A DNA stretch of 64,000 nt from Octopus sinensis. Its lineage: Eukaryota. A program made the position numbers and the translations under genes. The number at the start of each line of letters is the position of its first letter. The first letter of the stretch is position 1. The stretch is taken from assembly GCF_006345805.1 (NCBI RefSeq), contig NC_042997.1, forward strand, positions 148,676,001 through 148,740,000, written 5' to 3'. This document shows positions 14,620 to 27,642 of this stretch, in pieces. Under the pieces are notes generated by a model that had not been told where the DNA came from, searched no databases, and saw only the letters and a list, made by a program, of their open reading frames with translations.

Positions 14620-15443
14620 TTGGCATGCGTGGTGTTCAGTTACTCAATAAATGAAAAATGCCATAATTTCTAAAAAATGTACACAGGACACACACAGAAC
14701 TGAATATTAACATTTCGATTGAATTAGGGTCCTTCTGTGTTTGTTCTATGTGTACATATTTTAGTGATTAATGCATTTTTTCAGTTATTGAACAACTGAA
14801 CACCACACATCCCGACTTTTGTTAACAGTAAGCTTTTATATTTTTTTTGCGACCCTTCATCGTTCTTTCTCTCTCGTCCTTACAATCATTTTCTTACATC
14901 CTATATTCATCTCTTTCTCTCTTTCGCCCTATCACTCGTAATTGTACACTTTTTCCCTTCCTTCCTTTCATGTTCTCTCTGCCACGCTCTCTCTTCATCC
15001 TCCTTCGCTTCTATCTATGGCCCACACGTGACCCGTTTTTAATTTTCCTTTCTCTGCCTTTCGCTACCGGACGGTTAGCTTCCCTGTCAATATCTTTCTC
15101 CTGTCTTGCTATTTCTCTTTCTATGTCTATTCAGGATTTCTTCCATGTGTTACCCATTACCCTCGTCAGTTTGGACTAAAGGCCGTATTTATTCCGTCTT
15201 CTTCAATCGTTTTAATTTATATATATTTACTTTCGTACGCCAACTCTATCGTTTTGTTTGCTCGAGCCCTAACGATCTGCAAATCTTGCGAGTGCCACTG
15301 ATATGCGAAGTTTCCATTCTTATCATTAAAAGCATGAAAATGTATTAACATTTCGGTTGATAACTGAAGATTTTGGGTCCCTGTGTGTCTATCATATGTG
15401 TACATTTTTTAGTAATTAATTCATTTTTCATGTATCTATCTAT

Positions 15444-15506
<63 letters not shown>

Positions 15507-16326
15507 CATGCGTGGTGTTCAGTTACTCAATAAATGAAAAATGCCATAATTTCTAAAAAATGTACACAGGACACACACAGAACTGAATATTAACATTTCG
15601 ATTGAATTAGGGTCCTTCTGTGTTTGTTCTATGTGTACATATTTTAGTGATTAATGCATTTTTTCAGTTATTGAACAACTGAACACCACACATCCCGACT
15701 TTTGTTAACAGTAAGCTTTTATATTTTTTTTGCGACCCTTCATCGTTCTTTCTCTCTCGTCCTTACAATCATTTTCTTACATCCTATATTCATCTCTTTC
15801 TCTCTTTCGCCCTATCACTCGTAATTGTACACTTTTTCCCTTCCTTCCTTTCATGTTCTCTCTGCCACGCTCTCTCTTCATCCTCCTTCGCTTCTATCTA
15901 TGGCCCACACGTGACCCGTTTTTAATTTTCCTTTCTCTGCCTTTCGCTACCGGACGGTTAGCTTCCCTGTCAATATCTTTCTTCTGTCTTGCTATTTCTC
16001 TTTCTATGTCTATTCAGGATTTCTTCCATGTGTTACCCATTACCCTCGTCAGTTTGGACTAAAGGCCGTATTTATTCCGTCTTCTTCAATCGTTTTAATT
16101 TATATATATTTACTTTCGTACGCCAACTCTATCGTTTTGTTTGCTCGAGCCCTAACGATCTGCAAATCTTGCGAGTGCCACTGATATGCGAAGTTTCCAT
16201 TCTTATCATTAAAAGCATGAAAATGTATTAACATTTCGGTTGATAACTGAAGATTTTGGGTCCCTGTGTGTCTATCATATGTGTACATTTTTTAGTAATT
16301 AATTCATTTTTCATGTATCTATCTAT

Positions 16327-16385
<59 letters not shown>
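14620..16385. repeat. Near-identical 883-bp tandem duplication (units start at 14620 and 15503), each unit bounded by (TA)n
   Basis: The duplicated ORFs 14847/15730, 15106/15989 and 15217/16100 all have offset 883. One substitution is visible (ISFSC versus ISFFC). Confidence 0.97.
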
Positions 16386-16391
<6 letters not shown>

Positions 16392-16392
<1 letters not shown>

Positions 16393-16560
16393 CATGTCTG
16401 TGTGGTAAGAAGCCTGCTTCTCAATCACATGGTTCCGAGCCCAGTCCCAATGCGGGGCAGTTTGGACAAGTGTGTTCGACTATTGCTCCGATCCAACTAA
16501 AATCTATTGAGTGGAATTGGTAGGCGGAATCTGAAAGAAGCTCGACGAATAGATACACAC
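16392..16560 (+). mobile_element. Diverged 5' head of tRNA-derived SINE (family A)
   Basis: tgtctgtgtggtaagaagc...ggttccgagcccagtccc matches the reverse complement of the heads at 23025 and 51135. Confidence 0.7.
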
Positions 16561-16594
16561 ATTTATATATATATATATATATATATATTTGTAT

Positions 16595-16662
<68 letters not shown>

Positions 16663-16664
16663 GG

Positions 16665-16685
16665 ATAGATAGATAGATAGATAGG

Positions 16686-16775
<90 letters not shown>
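16665..16775. repeat. (GATA)n microsatellite
   Basis: Directly visible. Confidence 0.97.
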
Positions 16776-16776
<1 letters not shown>

Positions 16777-18496
16777 ATCAATCGATAGATAGCTATAATT
16801 TTATGAACCATGCAACCTAAGGCATTATCTCTAGCCTAAAATTTAAAAGCGTTATTGAAAAATTTACTATCTGAATAAGCCAAGTAATACATTTAAGTTG
16901 CTCAAAATATATTGTAGCCCTGAATGCAGATTAATGAACCATGATAGATGCAGGATGAGTATATTTAGCAAAAAGCCAGCATATTTAATCACATATCTGA
17001 TTTAACAAACAACGATTGCGTCATCCTTTCTGGAAACAAAAATTGCGGCTTTTACAGTTTTAAAGACTAATACCGCTCCCAAATAATTGATCAATTTGTG
17101 ACTACAAATGAGGAAATTACGCAAATGACCACAGGACTAAAAAAGGAATCAGGTAATTATGACTCTAAATTTTCAACCGCTCGGTCATAGGCCTTCCATT
17201 ATATTATGCAACGGAATTTACAGTCTATCATTCTAATTCAAAGTTTATAGCGCCATAATTTATTTGCTAAGGGAAGGAATTGAAGCCGGCACATATAATT
17301 GTTCTATAAACTAAAATTATATAAAACAAAATGGTTAGAAAAAAGTGCAAAAACAAGTTACCATAGTTTAAGCAATGTTTATCAAACTGAAACTAAGTCA
17401 TGGCTATATAAGCTATTAACTCCATTCAGAGACAGTTTTCTCGATTTTTTTCTTTATAATTTTCTTCAACATAATTTATCCAATCATTTAGTGTATACAT
17501 ACATAAACATATACATACTCACATACAAACCTGCATACACACACAGATACACACGCGCACACACATATTACTTAAAGGAAGATTTAGCTCTATATATTTA
17601 AACTTGGCCATTATTATTCTACTTACTTCTCTTTAGAGTGAGCGGAAATAATGTACGCATATTTAATGTGAAGAGTGCATTTTTCACTTTCAAAAATCCT
17701 TCAATTTCCTCATCATGATAGATGATACATTCATTCGAAGTCTGGAGTTAATTTCATTAAAGTCATTTCATGTAAAGCCTACATAATGTTGTGCTACTCT
17801 TTTTAATCAGTGAAAATTCCAACAAATTTCCCAACTTATATGCATGATTAATGACTTGGAAATTAAAGCATATTGAAATATTTGCATTCATGAGTAAAAT
17901 TGGTAGGGATTCTTTTCATTTCCATAGGTATACGAGTCTTCATTGGGGATTATTCAAATATTTCATATGACTATATGAATTAATTAGAAGATATTTGTAA
18001 AAATGAACGCATCGATGCATTTTCTTTGGCTTGTACTCAGGAAAATTGTCGGAGATGCTCAAATTGAAAATACCAACCTAATTGTACGTTTATGTTATAT
18101 ATAATGACTAAAGCAGTGATAACGAAAACAAAACATACAAAAATGGAATTAGAAATTAGCGAATTAAGCGAAAGTGCATATAGTTTCGATCTATATTTTG
18201 CCTTATACGGTAAAATATCTATAGTTGTGTCCACACTCTTCATGCATGCTGAACATTACGAAAGTGATATGTCGGGATACATACTAAAATAAAATTAAAA
18301 TCTCGATGAAAGCATTATCGGAACTGCCACAAGAAAATCCAACTATAGAATGGATGTCAATATAGTAACCATAATGTTTAAAGTATGGCTATAATCTGAA
18401 AAAAAAAAGATAATACATCATATATAAGTAAATGCTTAGTCTTTAATGTTCTAGTAAATATTACAGTGTGAAATTTTTTGTACTAAGGAATAATGA

Positions 18497-18891
18497 TCTC
18501 TCTATATATAAAGCTGAAGTTGTCTGTGTATGGCAGCTTTGGTAGCCCTCAACAAAAACTATCTCCTCCGTTCGCTTCCCAGACGCGGCGCAAGTTGACC
18601 AAAATTGAGGGTATGATAGAAAAAGGCTTGCTCTTCCTTCCGTAGACGAAAAATTCAAATCGGACCATGTTAACACCAAAAAGATTTTTACATCAAAAAG
18701 GTACTTTTTTCTATGAAAATCCCTATTTTTTACGATTTATTGACTGCTGTGTCGCCATTTTTCCGTGTATTTCCATCAGAAAATTATTCCCTTAAAGAGA
18801 ATTACAAGCTACATAATGCACAATTTTTACTTTTCAAAAATTCTAATTCTAAAGGTTCGAAAAGAAAACAAACACGAGCAACGCCGGACTC
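18497..18891 (+). mobile_element. Non-autonomous Helitron-like element
   Basis: The 5' end A|TCTCTCTATATATAAAGCTGAAGTTGTCTG and the 3' motif ACGAGCAACGCCGG resemble invertebrate non-autonomous Helitron ends. The terminal CTRR is not preserved. Confidence 0.5.
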
Positions 18892-19775
18892 ATTTTAAAT
18901 ATAATGATGGCACATAATTATAACATAGTTAAAAAGACACCAACTATTAGTTATTGACCGTGTAATTATTAGACACAATCTCTCGGTGTGTTTAATATCT
19001 GAAAATAACTTTCTACTTATTCTGCTTCCCAACTTATAAATTACTCGATAAATTTTGAGTTATCTCCCACTTTCATGGTAGATTTTTAAATACACGTAGA
19101 CGAAATTATTTTCAACATATATGTAAATTTTATGGCATCTTCTTCATAAATTACCATGTTACATTCTACTATATTTGTGTTGACCATGCGTAACTCAATC
19201 TCAATGTTAAGTGATTTTCCTTCATCCCTATACTAGATACTCATTTATCCCTATATTTCTTTCTCATTATCATGTGCAGTACGATATTTAGCTGTTTATT
19301 GCTTTTACTAGTTAATGTGAGGATATGTTCTAATCTCATGGTAACATTGAATATTTCACGACATTTGGATTAACATATTTTACATACATCGTGTTTTCAT
19401 TTAGCTTGGATTCAATACACATCCGCATCTGATATCTCAGTGAATTACAACGATTACCTGACTTTCATACGTCGTTGAAGTTTTAAATGCTTCTGTTCAG
19501 TATGTAGAATACTGCGTAGATTAATTTCGCACTAAGCCTACTATTGGAATGTGTTCCACATATATACACTACGAAGTTTAGCACAAAAAAGATAGGCCTA
19601 CGTTTATTGCATTCGTACAACTACTCGTACACCCACTAACTTCCACGCGAATACTCGTGATATAGATATCCGTTTCACGAGAAAATCGATCGGAATAATC
19701 TGAAATACACACACACACACACACACACACATATAAATGTGCGTGTGTGTGTGTGTGTGTATGTGTGTGTGTTTG

Positions 19776-19807
<32 letters not shown>

Positions 19808-20111
19808 AATTTAATTAGAGGATATGTTAGTTCATGTACGGATGGTTTATATTCATTTCAAAGAAGAAAAGAAAATGGAGATTAGGAAGTTAATAATTAT
19901 TTATTATCAACAACAAATTAGCCATCTTCTCTTCTTACAACTCTTTCAATTGATATACAATTATTTAATTACAAATTTGTACATTAAATTTACATTTATG
20001 CGACATGAGTATAATTTCATCAGAGGTAAAACTAACGTACTTTTGAATGTTATATGTGGGCTTATCAATTCATCAATTCGTTTTAGCAGACTGATATAAA
20101 CTATCTGATAT

Positions 20112-20165
<54 letters not shown>

Positions 20166-20174
20166 CACACACAT

Positions 20175-20210
<36 letters not shown>

Positions 20211-20249
20211 TCCACATTGGTGCTCATCATTATCTAAATATACGACTAT

Positions 20250-20497
20250 TGTACTCGTAATAAAATAATAAAACGGATGGAGTGGAAACACTCCCTCGCC
20301 GTTGACGGACAATGCCCACGTCACCAATGCATACTAGCCCCCCTCAACATGCCACGTCGCAACTCAACTACACAGTCGAATGAACTGGACCAACGTGAAA
20401 AATGTGAAGATAACACACAGCCACGTCCGGGAAGTGAACTCGCAACCTTATGATTGTGAACACGACGCTCTAACCACTGAGTCATGCGCCTTGAGTT
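20250..20497 (-). mobile_element. tRNA-derived SINE (family C), diverged
   Basis: The reverse complement begins ggcgcatgactcagtggttagagcgtcg...ggttgcgagttcacttccc, with A- and B-box-like motifs. Related to 35725-36045. Confidence 0.7.
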
Positions 20498-21018
20498 AAA
20501 AACACATGTTCTGGGGATGACATTTAACTCCATCGAGTGGTAAGATTCCGGGTTCGGAGTCAAGGAGGTTGAGGGAGGTATGGATTTATCCATTCCTCGA
20601 CACTGCTATGTATATCAATATAAGTGTGCGCATTGCGTGAAAGCGTTTGTAAATGTGTATGTATATTCACATACTCTCACCCACAGAGACACATACATAT
20701 ATATACGCACACACACAAACATACGCACATGCATTTAGGCACACACAAACACACACACACACACACATATAAAGCAGAATGAGAAATAGAAATAGAACGT
20801 CCTTGGTACAATATTATATATTTGGAAAAATGAATAGAAATGGCTTATCTGATTTATCCACTTTAATGATTAGATGTTCATACTTCATTAGATGTATATA
20901 CCTTTTGAATGTACGTAATAACTTGTGAACGTCTAATTATTATGTTGGAAAAATTATCAGAAAAGCCATTTCTATTCATATTTTCAAATATATATATATA
21001 TATATATATACATATATA

Positions 21019-21200
21019 AAGTTAATCCAAACAAGAAAACACAACAACGCGAGGACGTGGAACATATATAGTATTATTGGACGCTCAGGAAAGAAGGAAA
21101 GAAGGAGCTCTTCGTCGGAAACATAGGAGAAGGAAAGATCCAGAGAAGGGAAGACAGAGGAAAAAAATCGCCAATGGTACACACGAGGTCACATTTTAAA
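21019..21200 (-). mobile_element. Short PLE pLTR-like element in (TA)n; hammerhead disrupted by an 18-bp deletion
   Basis: Closely similar to 60389-60602 and flanked by (TA)n on both sides. It lacks gtttaacgtttcgagcgg. Confidence 0.75.
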
Positions 21201-21201
21201 A

Positions 21202-21252
<51 letters not shown>

Positions 21253-22029
21253 TATATATATATGTATGTGCGTGTGTGTTGACGTAAGAACTTACAACTT
21301 TTCGAGAGAACGTGAAATAATCGTTGTTTTGAACAGTGGTTCTCGAAGCTGCTATTTTTCTCATTTTATGTGCCTCGAGATCTACTGTTCCGAAAAAGGA
21401 GAACATGCACACACACACACACACACACACACAACACACACACACACACACACACACACCACACACACACACACACGCACACACACATTTAGTCAGCGAA
21501 AAACTATTTAACCTACAACAAAGATAATCGCTTATCTAGATAATGATGAGCACCAACTTGGAAAATTATTTGTTAGCTAAACGAGAAAATCCGGCATACT
21601 TAAATATATATTCGTATGCAAAGTTGTGTATCGCTATGAACAGTCTTTAGTTCTTATATTTGGTTAGAGTATTGTACTAAATAATCACAGGATCTTAAAC
21701 GTCATACTGCACTAAAAAACCCAATATGTATTTCGAAGTTAGCAAGTACATCATCCACTAACTTTCACTCAGGCAGAACAAATACCATTTTCTCTAATAC
21801 TATAGCGCTTCCTGCAGATCTTTGATTACTGGGGCTCAGCAAGCAACACCTATTTTTACCTGAATATCTAATTGGGTTCTATATTCACAACATAATTGCT
21901 TTAACATATGAACATTCCCCTGTGCCCGTATCTTTTTCATTTATTTAACTGTTCATATCATTGTAGTTTATACATAGCTTTTGTCCCATGTATATTTTAC
22001 TTTTATCAGTCATTACACTAAGGTCAAGT

Positions 22030-22200
22030 TGGGGCAACCGCTTGAAAATCTTAAAGTCGAATAAATCGACCCAGTACTTATTTCTTGTTAAGCTTAGTAC
22101 TTATTCTATCGGTTTCTTATGCTGAACTGCTAGGTTACTGGGACGGAAACACACCAACAACGGATGTTAAGTGGTGGTCAGTCAGAAACACAGACACAAT
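22030..22200 (-). mobile_element. 3' fragment of SINE family A
   Basis: atcgacccagtacttat...tattctatcggt...aaacacaccaac matches 22650-22770. Confidence 0.7.
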
Positions 22201-22222
22201 GACATATATATATATATATATA

Positions 22223-22266
<44 letters not shown>

Positions 22267-22576
22267 GATAAAACTTACTTAGAAATGGATGCGAGGCGTT
22301 CCATCATATAATAACAAAATAATAAATAAAGCATATGCATATATACATACATATATGTACGTACCTACATATATATGTATATGTATATATAAGAAAAATG
22401 TCCATTTCCTTGGATTTGTTTTTATGTTTTCGTTTCTCATTGTGTTCGACGTTTTTTTTGTGTCCTGTACCCATATATGCATGTATATATACATATAGTT
22501 GTAGGTACATACATATATGTATGTATATATGCATATGTTTTATTTATTATTTTGTTATTATATATATATATATATA

Positions 22577-22821
22577 TACTCTTTTACTCTTTTACTCTTT
22601 TATTTGTTTCAGTCATTTGACTGCGGCAATGCTGGAGCACCGCCATTTAGTCGAGCATCTCGACCCCGGTACTTATTCTTTTTGTAAGCCCAGTACTTAT
22701 TCTATCAGTCCCTTTTTGCCGAACCGCTAAGTGACGGGGATGTAAACACACCAGCATCGGTTGTCAAGCAATGCCAGGGGAACAAACACAGACACACATA
22801 CATATACACACACATACATAT

Positions 22822-22854
<33 letters not shown>

Positions 22855-23025
22855 CATATATACGACAGGCTTCTTTCAGTTTCCGTCTACCAAATCCACT
22901 CACAAGGCATTTGTAGGCCCGGGGTTATAGCAGAAGACACTTGCCCAAGATGCCACGCAGTGGGACTGAACCCGGAACCATGTGGCTGGTTAGCAAGCTA
23001 CTTATCACACAGCCACTCCTGCGCC
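22577..23025 (-). mobile_element. Full-length tRNA-derived SINE (family A) with internal CA/TA microsatellite and (AAAGAGT)n-like tail
   Basis: The reverse complement head ggcgcaggagtggctgtgtgataag...ggttccgggttcagtccc has A/B boxes. Nearly colinear with 50736-51135. Confidence 0.9.
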
Positions 23026-23045
23026 TATATATATATATATATATA

Positions 23046-23205
23046 TGACAGGCTTCTTTTCAGTTTCCGTCCGAAATCCTCTCACAAGACTATTCTCGGC
23101 CCGAGGATATCTAGAAAACATTCGCTCAATGTGCCACGCAGTGTGACAGAGGACAGAACAATGTGGTTAAAAAGTAAGCTTCTTGCCACACACATTCCTA
23201 TGCTT
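23046..23205 (-). mobile_element. Older SINE family A head, tandem to the previous copy
   Basis: Diverged match to 22861-23025. Confidence 0.7.
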
Positions 23206-23729
23206 ATATACGTAAGTTTGGTTTGAATACATTTTTGTTCAAAATTCCTAAAGTATATAAACATGTGTTAAGTCTCTATTTACTATTACTTCCATATTTA
23301 TACCGACCTCTTCCTTTGAGATTCATTATTTTGTAGACTAGTTGTTTACTTTCATAGAGATTACATATTTTATTCTTTGAAATTAGAAATTTAATATTCC
23401 AGGTGTCCCCTATGAAGCACTCATTCTGAAATCGTGACAAGTAACTGAATACAAGGGCATTTGTATGGAATGCAAAATAGAATATATAATATTATTTAAT
23501 ATATGTAGGGAAGGATGTTGAATGGAAGAATTGTTAGACTGTTAGAAGTAATAAAATGCTGCTTTTATTCCGGTTCACTTCTGGCCAAAATCAACTTTGC
23601 CTTTCCTGGTTTATGGAGTTATAAAAATACCATTTGAGAATCGGACAGGAATAAACAAACGCCCTTCGTGAGGTCTTGTGTTCATTTTAGAATGAGTTAT
23701 GTTATTTATACATATTCTATTTCACACAG

Positions 23730-23804
23730 TCTGTTTGACCACAACTATTCCTGGGACGGCAAATTTGCATTGTGACAACACCACGGAATTTCAATTTGCA
23801 GGAG
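23730..23804 (+). CDS. Weak candidate 75-nt phase 1-1 exon (CLTTTIPGTANLHCDNTTEFQFAG)
   Basis: Good acceptor (ttctatttcacacag) and one open frame. The donor gtagta is weak and no homology was recognised. Confidence 0.15.
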
Positions 23805-26649
23805 GTAGTACTTTCGGATGTATAAGTTAAATCTCACCAGGATTAAAATAATCAAATGTCAATATGAAATGCTCGCTCGCGCAGACACACACTCACAAAC
23901 ACACTCACACACACATTCACAAACACTCAATATCTCTTATGATAATATATATATATGAGTAAGTGAAAATTCCATAGTTGAGAGGCTGCAAATGGCTCCA
24001 TTATTTTTTATGTATCTCGAATGAAGTTATCTGTACATACTTAAGCACTGAGAAGCTAATGTTTGCGGTCTTTGAGTTTTAGCAGCATCGTTCTTAAAGC
24101 TGAGTATTTTTTTAAGAATGCGTAATTTATGCCTCAGACGTGTAAGTTGCTGGTGTGTGTGTGTATATATATGTGTGTGCTCGTGCGCGCGTGCGTGAAT
24201 CTTGAGTAGTGTGTGTATATATGTATTTTCGATTTAGATTTTACATTTTAATTACCGCAATATTCTGGGACACAAAATCGTTTCACAACCTATTTGTGTG
24301 TAATTTTAAAATCGTATTACTGAATCCTTCACGTTTCCATTATAATTTCCATAAATTTAATATCAATTTTGTAGAAATATTCTCTGAGTATTTTTAATGA
24401 CACTGTTCTACTCTAAAAATAAACATGTTGGTACAGAATAAAGCAACGAAAACCAGCTAAAAACAGTCTCTCTTCTAGTTTCCAAATGAGAAACAATTTA
24501 GATAATAAGTCTGTTTTTAAGAATCGTTTCGAGACAATATACACTGAAGACAAGCATTAAGCAGAGTTAACGTAGAAATTGACTAATAGCTTCATACCAT
24601 AATGAACTGAATATACACACGTCTTTTTATATTTATTTTAGTTCGAAAACACTGACTTCATTTCTAATATTATCTGGAAATTGGTATTGATTTATTTGTT
24701 AGGGCAATATATTTTGATCAATCATTTTCGGATACAATTAGCGGATTATTTGTGGTGCTTTTAATCTGTGCCGTTACATCGCAGCGCTTCACCACAACTC
24801 TAATCATGTTGAATTAACGTTGATTCAAAATAGACTGCCCACACTGTCGAAATATAATTTTCCAAAAGACTGACTTCAAATATCAAGTTAAATATTTCTT
24901 ACAATATTTTTGAAATTTTATGATTATTTCTTTGCAACCAGAAAAATATTTATTTTTGAGTTGATATTATTATTTTCTCGTGGATTTTTGTCAGATTTTT
25001 ATATTGTTGCTCAACTTTTGGATTACACATTGTAGAATATTGATTTTTAGCTACCCTTTTTCAAATTATTTTGACTCTCTAACTGATATTTTATCGTATG
25101 AGCTGATTAAGGTATTCCTGAAAGCTTAATGTTCTTTTATTTTCCTAATCGACTTGTTTACTTGGTAGTACTTTTAGTTATACCTCTGAGGTTTTTCTCT
25201 TTGCCGTACCGTTTTTCATTTGTAAGAACATATTTAGAATATTAAACAAGTATTTTATTTATAAAGACACAGACGAGCAGACACAATTGCCGCATAGATG
25301 AATATGTTCGTTTACGCACAAACACACATGCAACACACTTATTGATGTGTATACAAATACATACACTGACTTTGTAAACACATTCTAAGAGATATAAACT
25401 AAGGCAAATAATCATAACGCGACGGCTTATTCCCCCTCATTTAATGTGGAGCAGTATTAAATATTCAGGAAAATGTATCCAAAAACAAATATAAAATTTG
25501 TAGCGAGATACAGCCGGCTTTTAAAGCAGATCATTTGACTTCCTTCATCAATTGACTTCTTTAAACCGACCAGATTATAATTCTTTAAAAGGAAGATCTT
25601 TATTTTCGACAAATTGTTTATCAGTTGACTACCATAAGAATTCGATTCAAAAATCGCAGTATCTTCGAGGTAGACTATATATGAGCCAATGTGTTATGCA
25701 ATTGACTGTTATTATTACACATGACAATTAATCAGACAGTGCAATGTAATAAATTCCCGGGGAAAAATACAAAGTTTTGTCAGTTGGTTTAACCCTGATA
25801 CATTCCAGCTATGCAAATTATACTCAGCATCGCAAAATCATTGGTATTTCTGAATAAAAGATGGTGTAGAGGCCGTCGTTTATTATCCTGTTAAGGGCAG
25901 TATGGTGATGTGTCTGCCAACATGGAACGGGTAAATTGTCGTATCATCCGGCCTCTTACCGTCCTCTCATTCTAACCACACCGGCTCGACTTTATAATAT
26001 TGCTAAGGGCACCATGGCATGGAAAGCGGTAAATAATAGTCGTAGTTATATACAGCACAGTCAATTATGGGGCTAAGTAACAACAAATCAATAGCTATAC
26101 CACTGCTGTCAAAACTTATATGAAATGAGTCATACGACATAGATGGAATTAACTTTGTAATGAGAATTATGTTATATCTCTGAAATACTGATTTTATTAG
26201 GAATTATGAATTGTGATAATTCTGCTGTATTATATTACAAAAATTTGCATTTTAATTAAATTATATTATATTAAAAATCATAATGTCAATATTAATTATA
26301 GATGCACAATATTTAATGAAGTAACTGGCTTCTGTGATTTAACATATGCACATTATATGGTTCTCGTGCGTGGATAAAAATTTAAAATATATCTTGTGAA
26401 AGTATTCTTACTTAAAATATTGCCAGTTACTTTCCTTTTAATATCTTATGGAAATTACTGCGTATGAAATTTCTTTATGGCTTTCGGTCATTTTACTACG
26501 GCCATACTGGGACACTACATGCAAAGTTTTAGCCAATAATGTAACGCTGGTTTATATTTCGACGATATATATGTTTAAAGAATGACATAATTACACTTTC
26601 ACACAAAAGCAAACAACAGTACATTCCTTCAGCAAACCGAGACGAATAC

Positions 26650-26688
<39 letters not shown>

Positions 26689-26896
26689 GTGAAATAGAAA
26701 GATGAATAATCTTGTAGTAGATTAATCAAAAGTTTAACCGATACCTTAGTAGCAAAAATCACAGCAGTAAACAGCACGGTTGGAGGTACAACCATCTGGC
26801 GTTGCAACCGTGCGTTGGTGCGGATAATTGAAATTAAAACATTATTGGTGAATTGAAGAAATGGAGCTGAACGCAGATTGAACAGAAATCGTTTTA

Positions 26897-26985
26897 TTTC
26901 ATTCTACACGTGTTTCGAAAGGCACAAATTACCAAAATCCGATTGAATAATGGGACCATATTGTGTCTTTCTCTTCAGGAAGAAA
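26897..26985 (-). ncRNA. Type I hammerhead ribozyme (mirror copy in the left arm)
   Basis: Reverse complement of 28680-28768. The core CUGAAGA maps to 26978-26972 and the predicted cleavage is 3' of the A at 26905 (minus strand). Confidence 0.85.
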
Positions 26986-27642
26986 AAAGGAAATCCGTTG
27001 GAAAAACAGAACAGAGGCGGAGCAAAAAACAAATCGAACTGTGCTCCTAAGAGCCCATGGCGAAACTGTTTATCAGTGTATGTTGAGAACCGGTGGCTGA
27101 AGAATTCAACGGGTCAGGCATCGGTAAATCATGTGGGTGAGGGTGTATAGATGTTCTTTGTGACCGAGAATAAAGTTCTGACTATTTAAGGAATATTGGA
27201 TGTTTTATAAGGGGCGAGAAAAAATCTACCTAGAGACGTGTGTGTGTGTATACTGTTCTATATATGTGTGTGTTGGCGTAGGGGTAGAAAACATTTTTTG
27301 TGTACGTGTGTGCGTTTGATCGTTCGGCTGTCAGTGGCTACTGCCGTGATAACCGTTGGGTGGCAGAAAGAAAAAAATAAAAAAAATATATATATATTAT
27401 GTTTTATGTGTGTGTGTGTTCATCTAAGCCTGCCTTGTCAAGGAAACCCCCCGCTGTGAAAAAACCAAGCCCCGTTTGTCTTACAGGAGTAATTCTCCTT
27501 GCAGTGGTTAATCGTAGATATCTTAAAGGCTATTTCAGAATTTGTTACCAAGGGCTATGGGTGCCGGTATTATTTATAAACGCTATTTAAAGGCCAGATA
27601 AGTGTAACGCCGCCAATGGGGGCATCGAAAAGCCGACTGTAA

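Noticed and set aside
14847-16062. Duplicated 110-aa hydrophobic ORFs as a membrane-protein gene pair
   Set aside because: They start at TTG and their F/L/S richness comes from a CT-rich strand. Their identity is explained by the 883-bp duplication.
22960-23025. tRNA genes at SINE heads (also 51070-51135, 35725-35780, 20440-20497)
   Set aside because: A/B boxes are present but there is no complete cloverleaf, and each continues into a SINE body.
27061-27103. GAAAC...CTGAAGA on the opposite strand of the PLE arms as a second (type II) hammerhead
   Set aside because: The base at the cleavage position would be G, and no stem I or stem II can be formed.
26950-27590. ORFs in the left PLE arm (MGPYCVF..., MCVCILF..., MFYVCV...)
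   Set aside because: Antisense readings of the non-coding pLTR, mirrored in the right arm.
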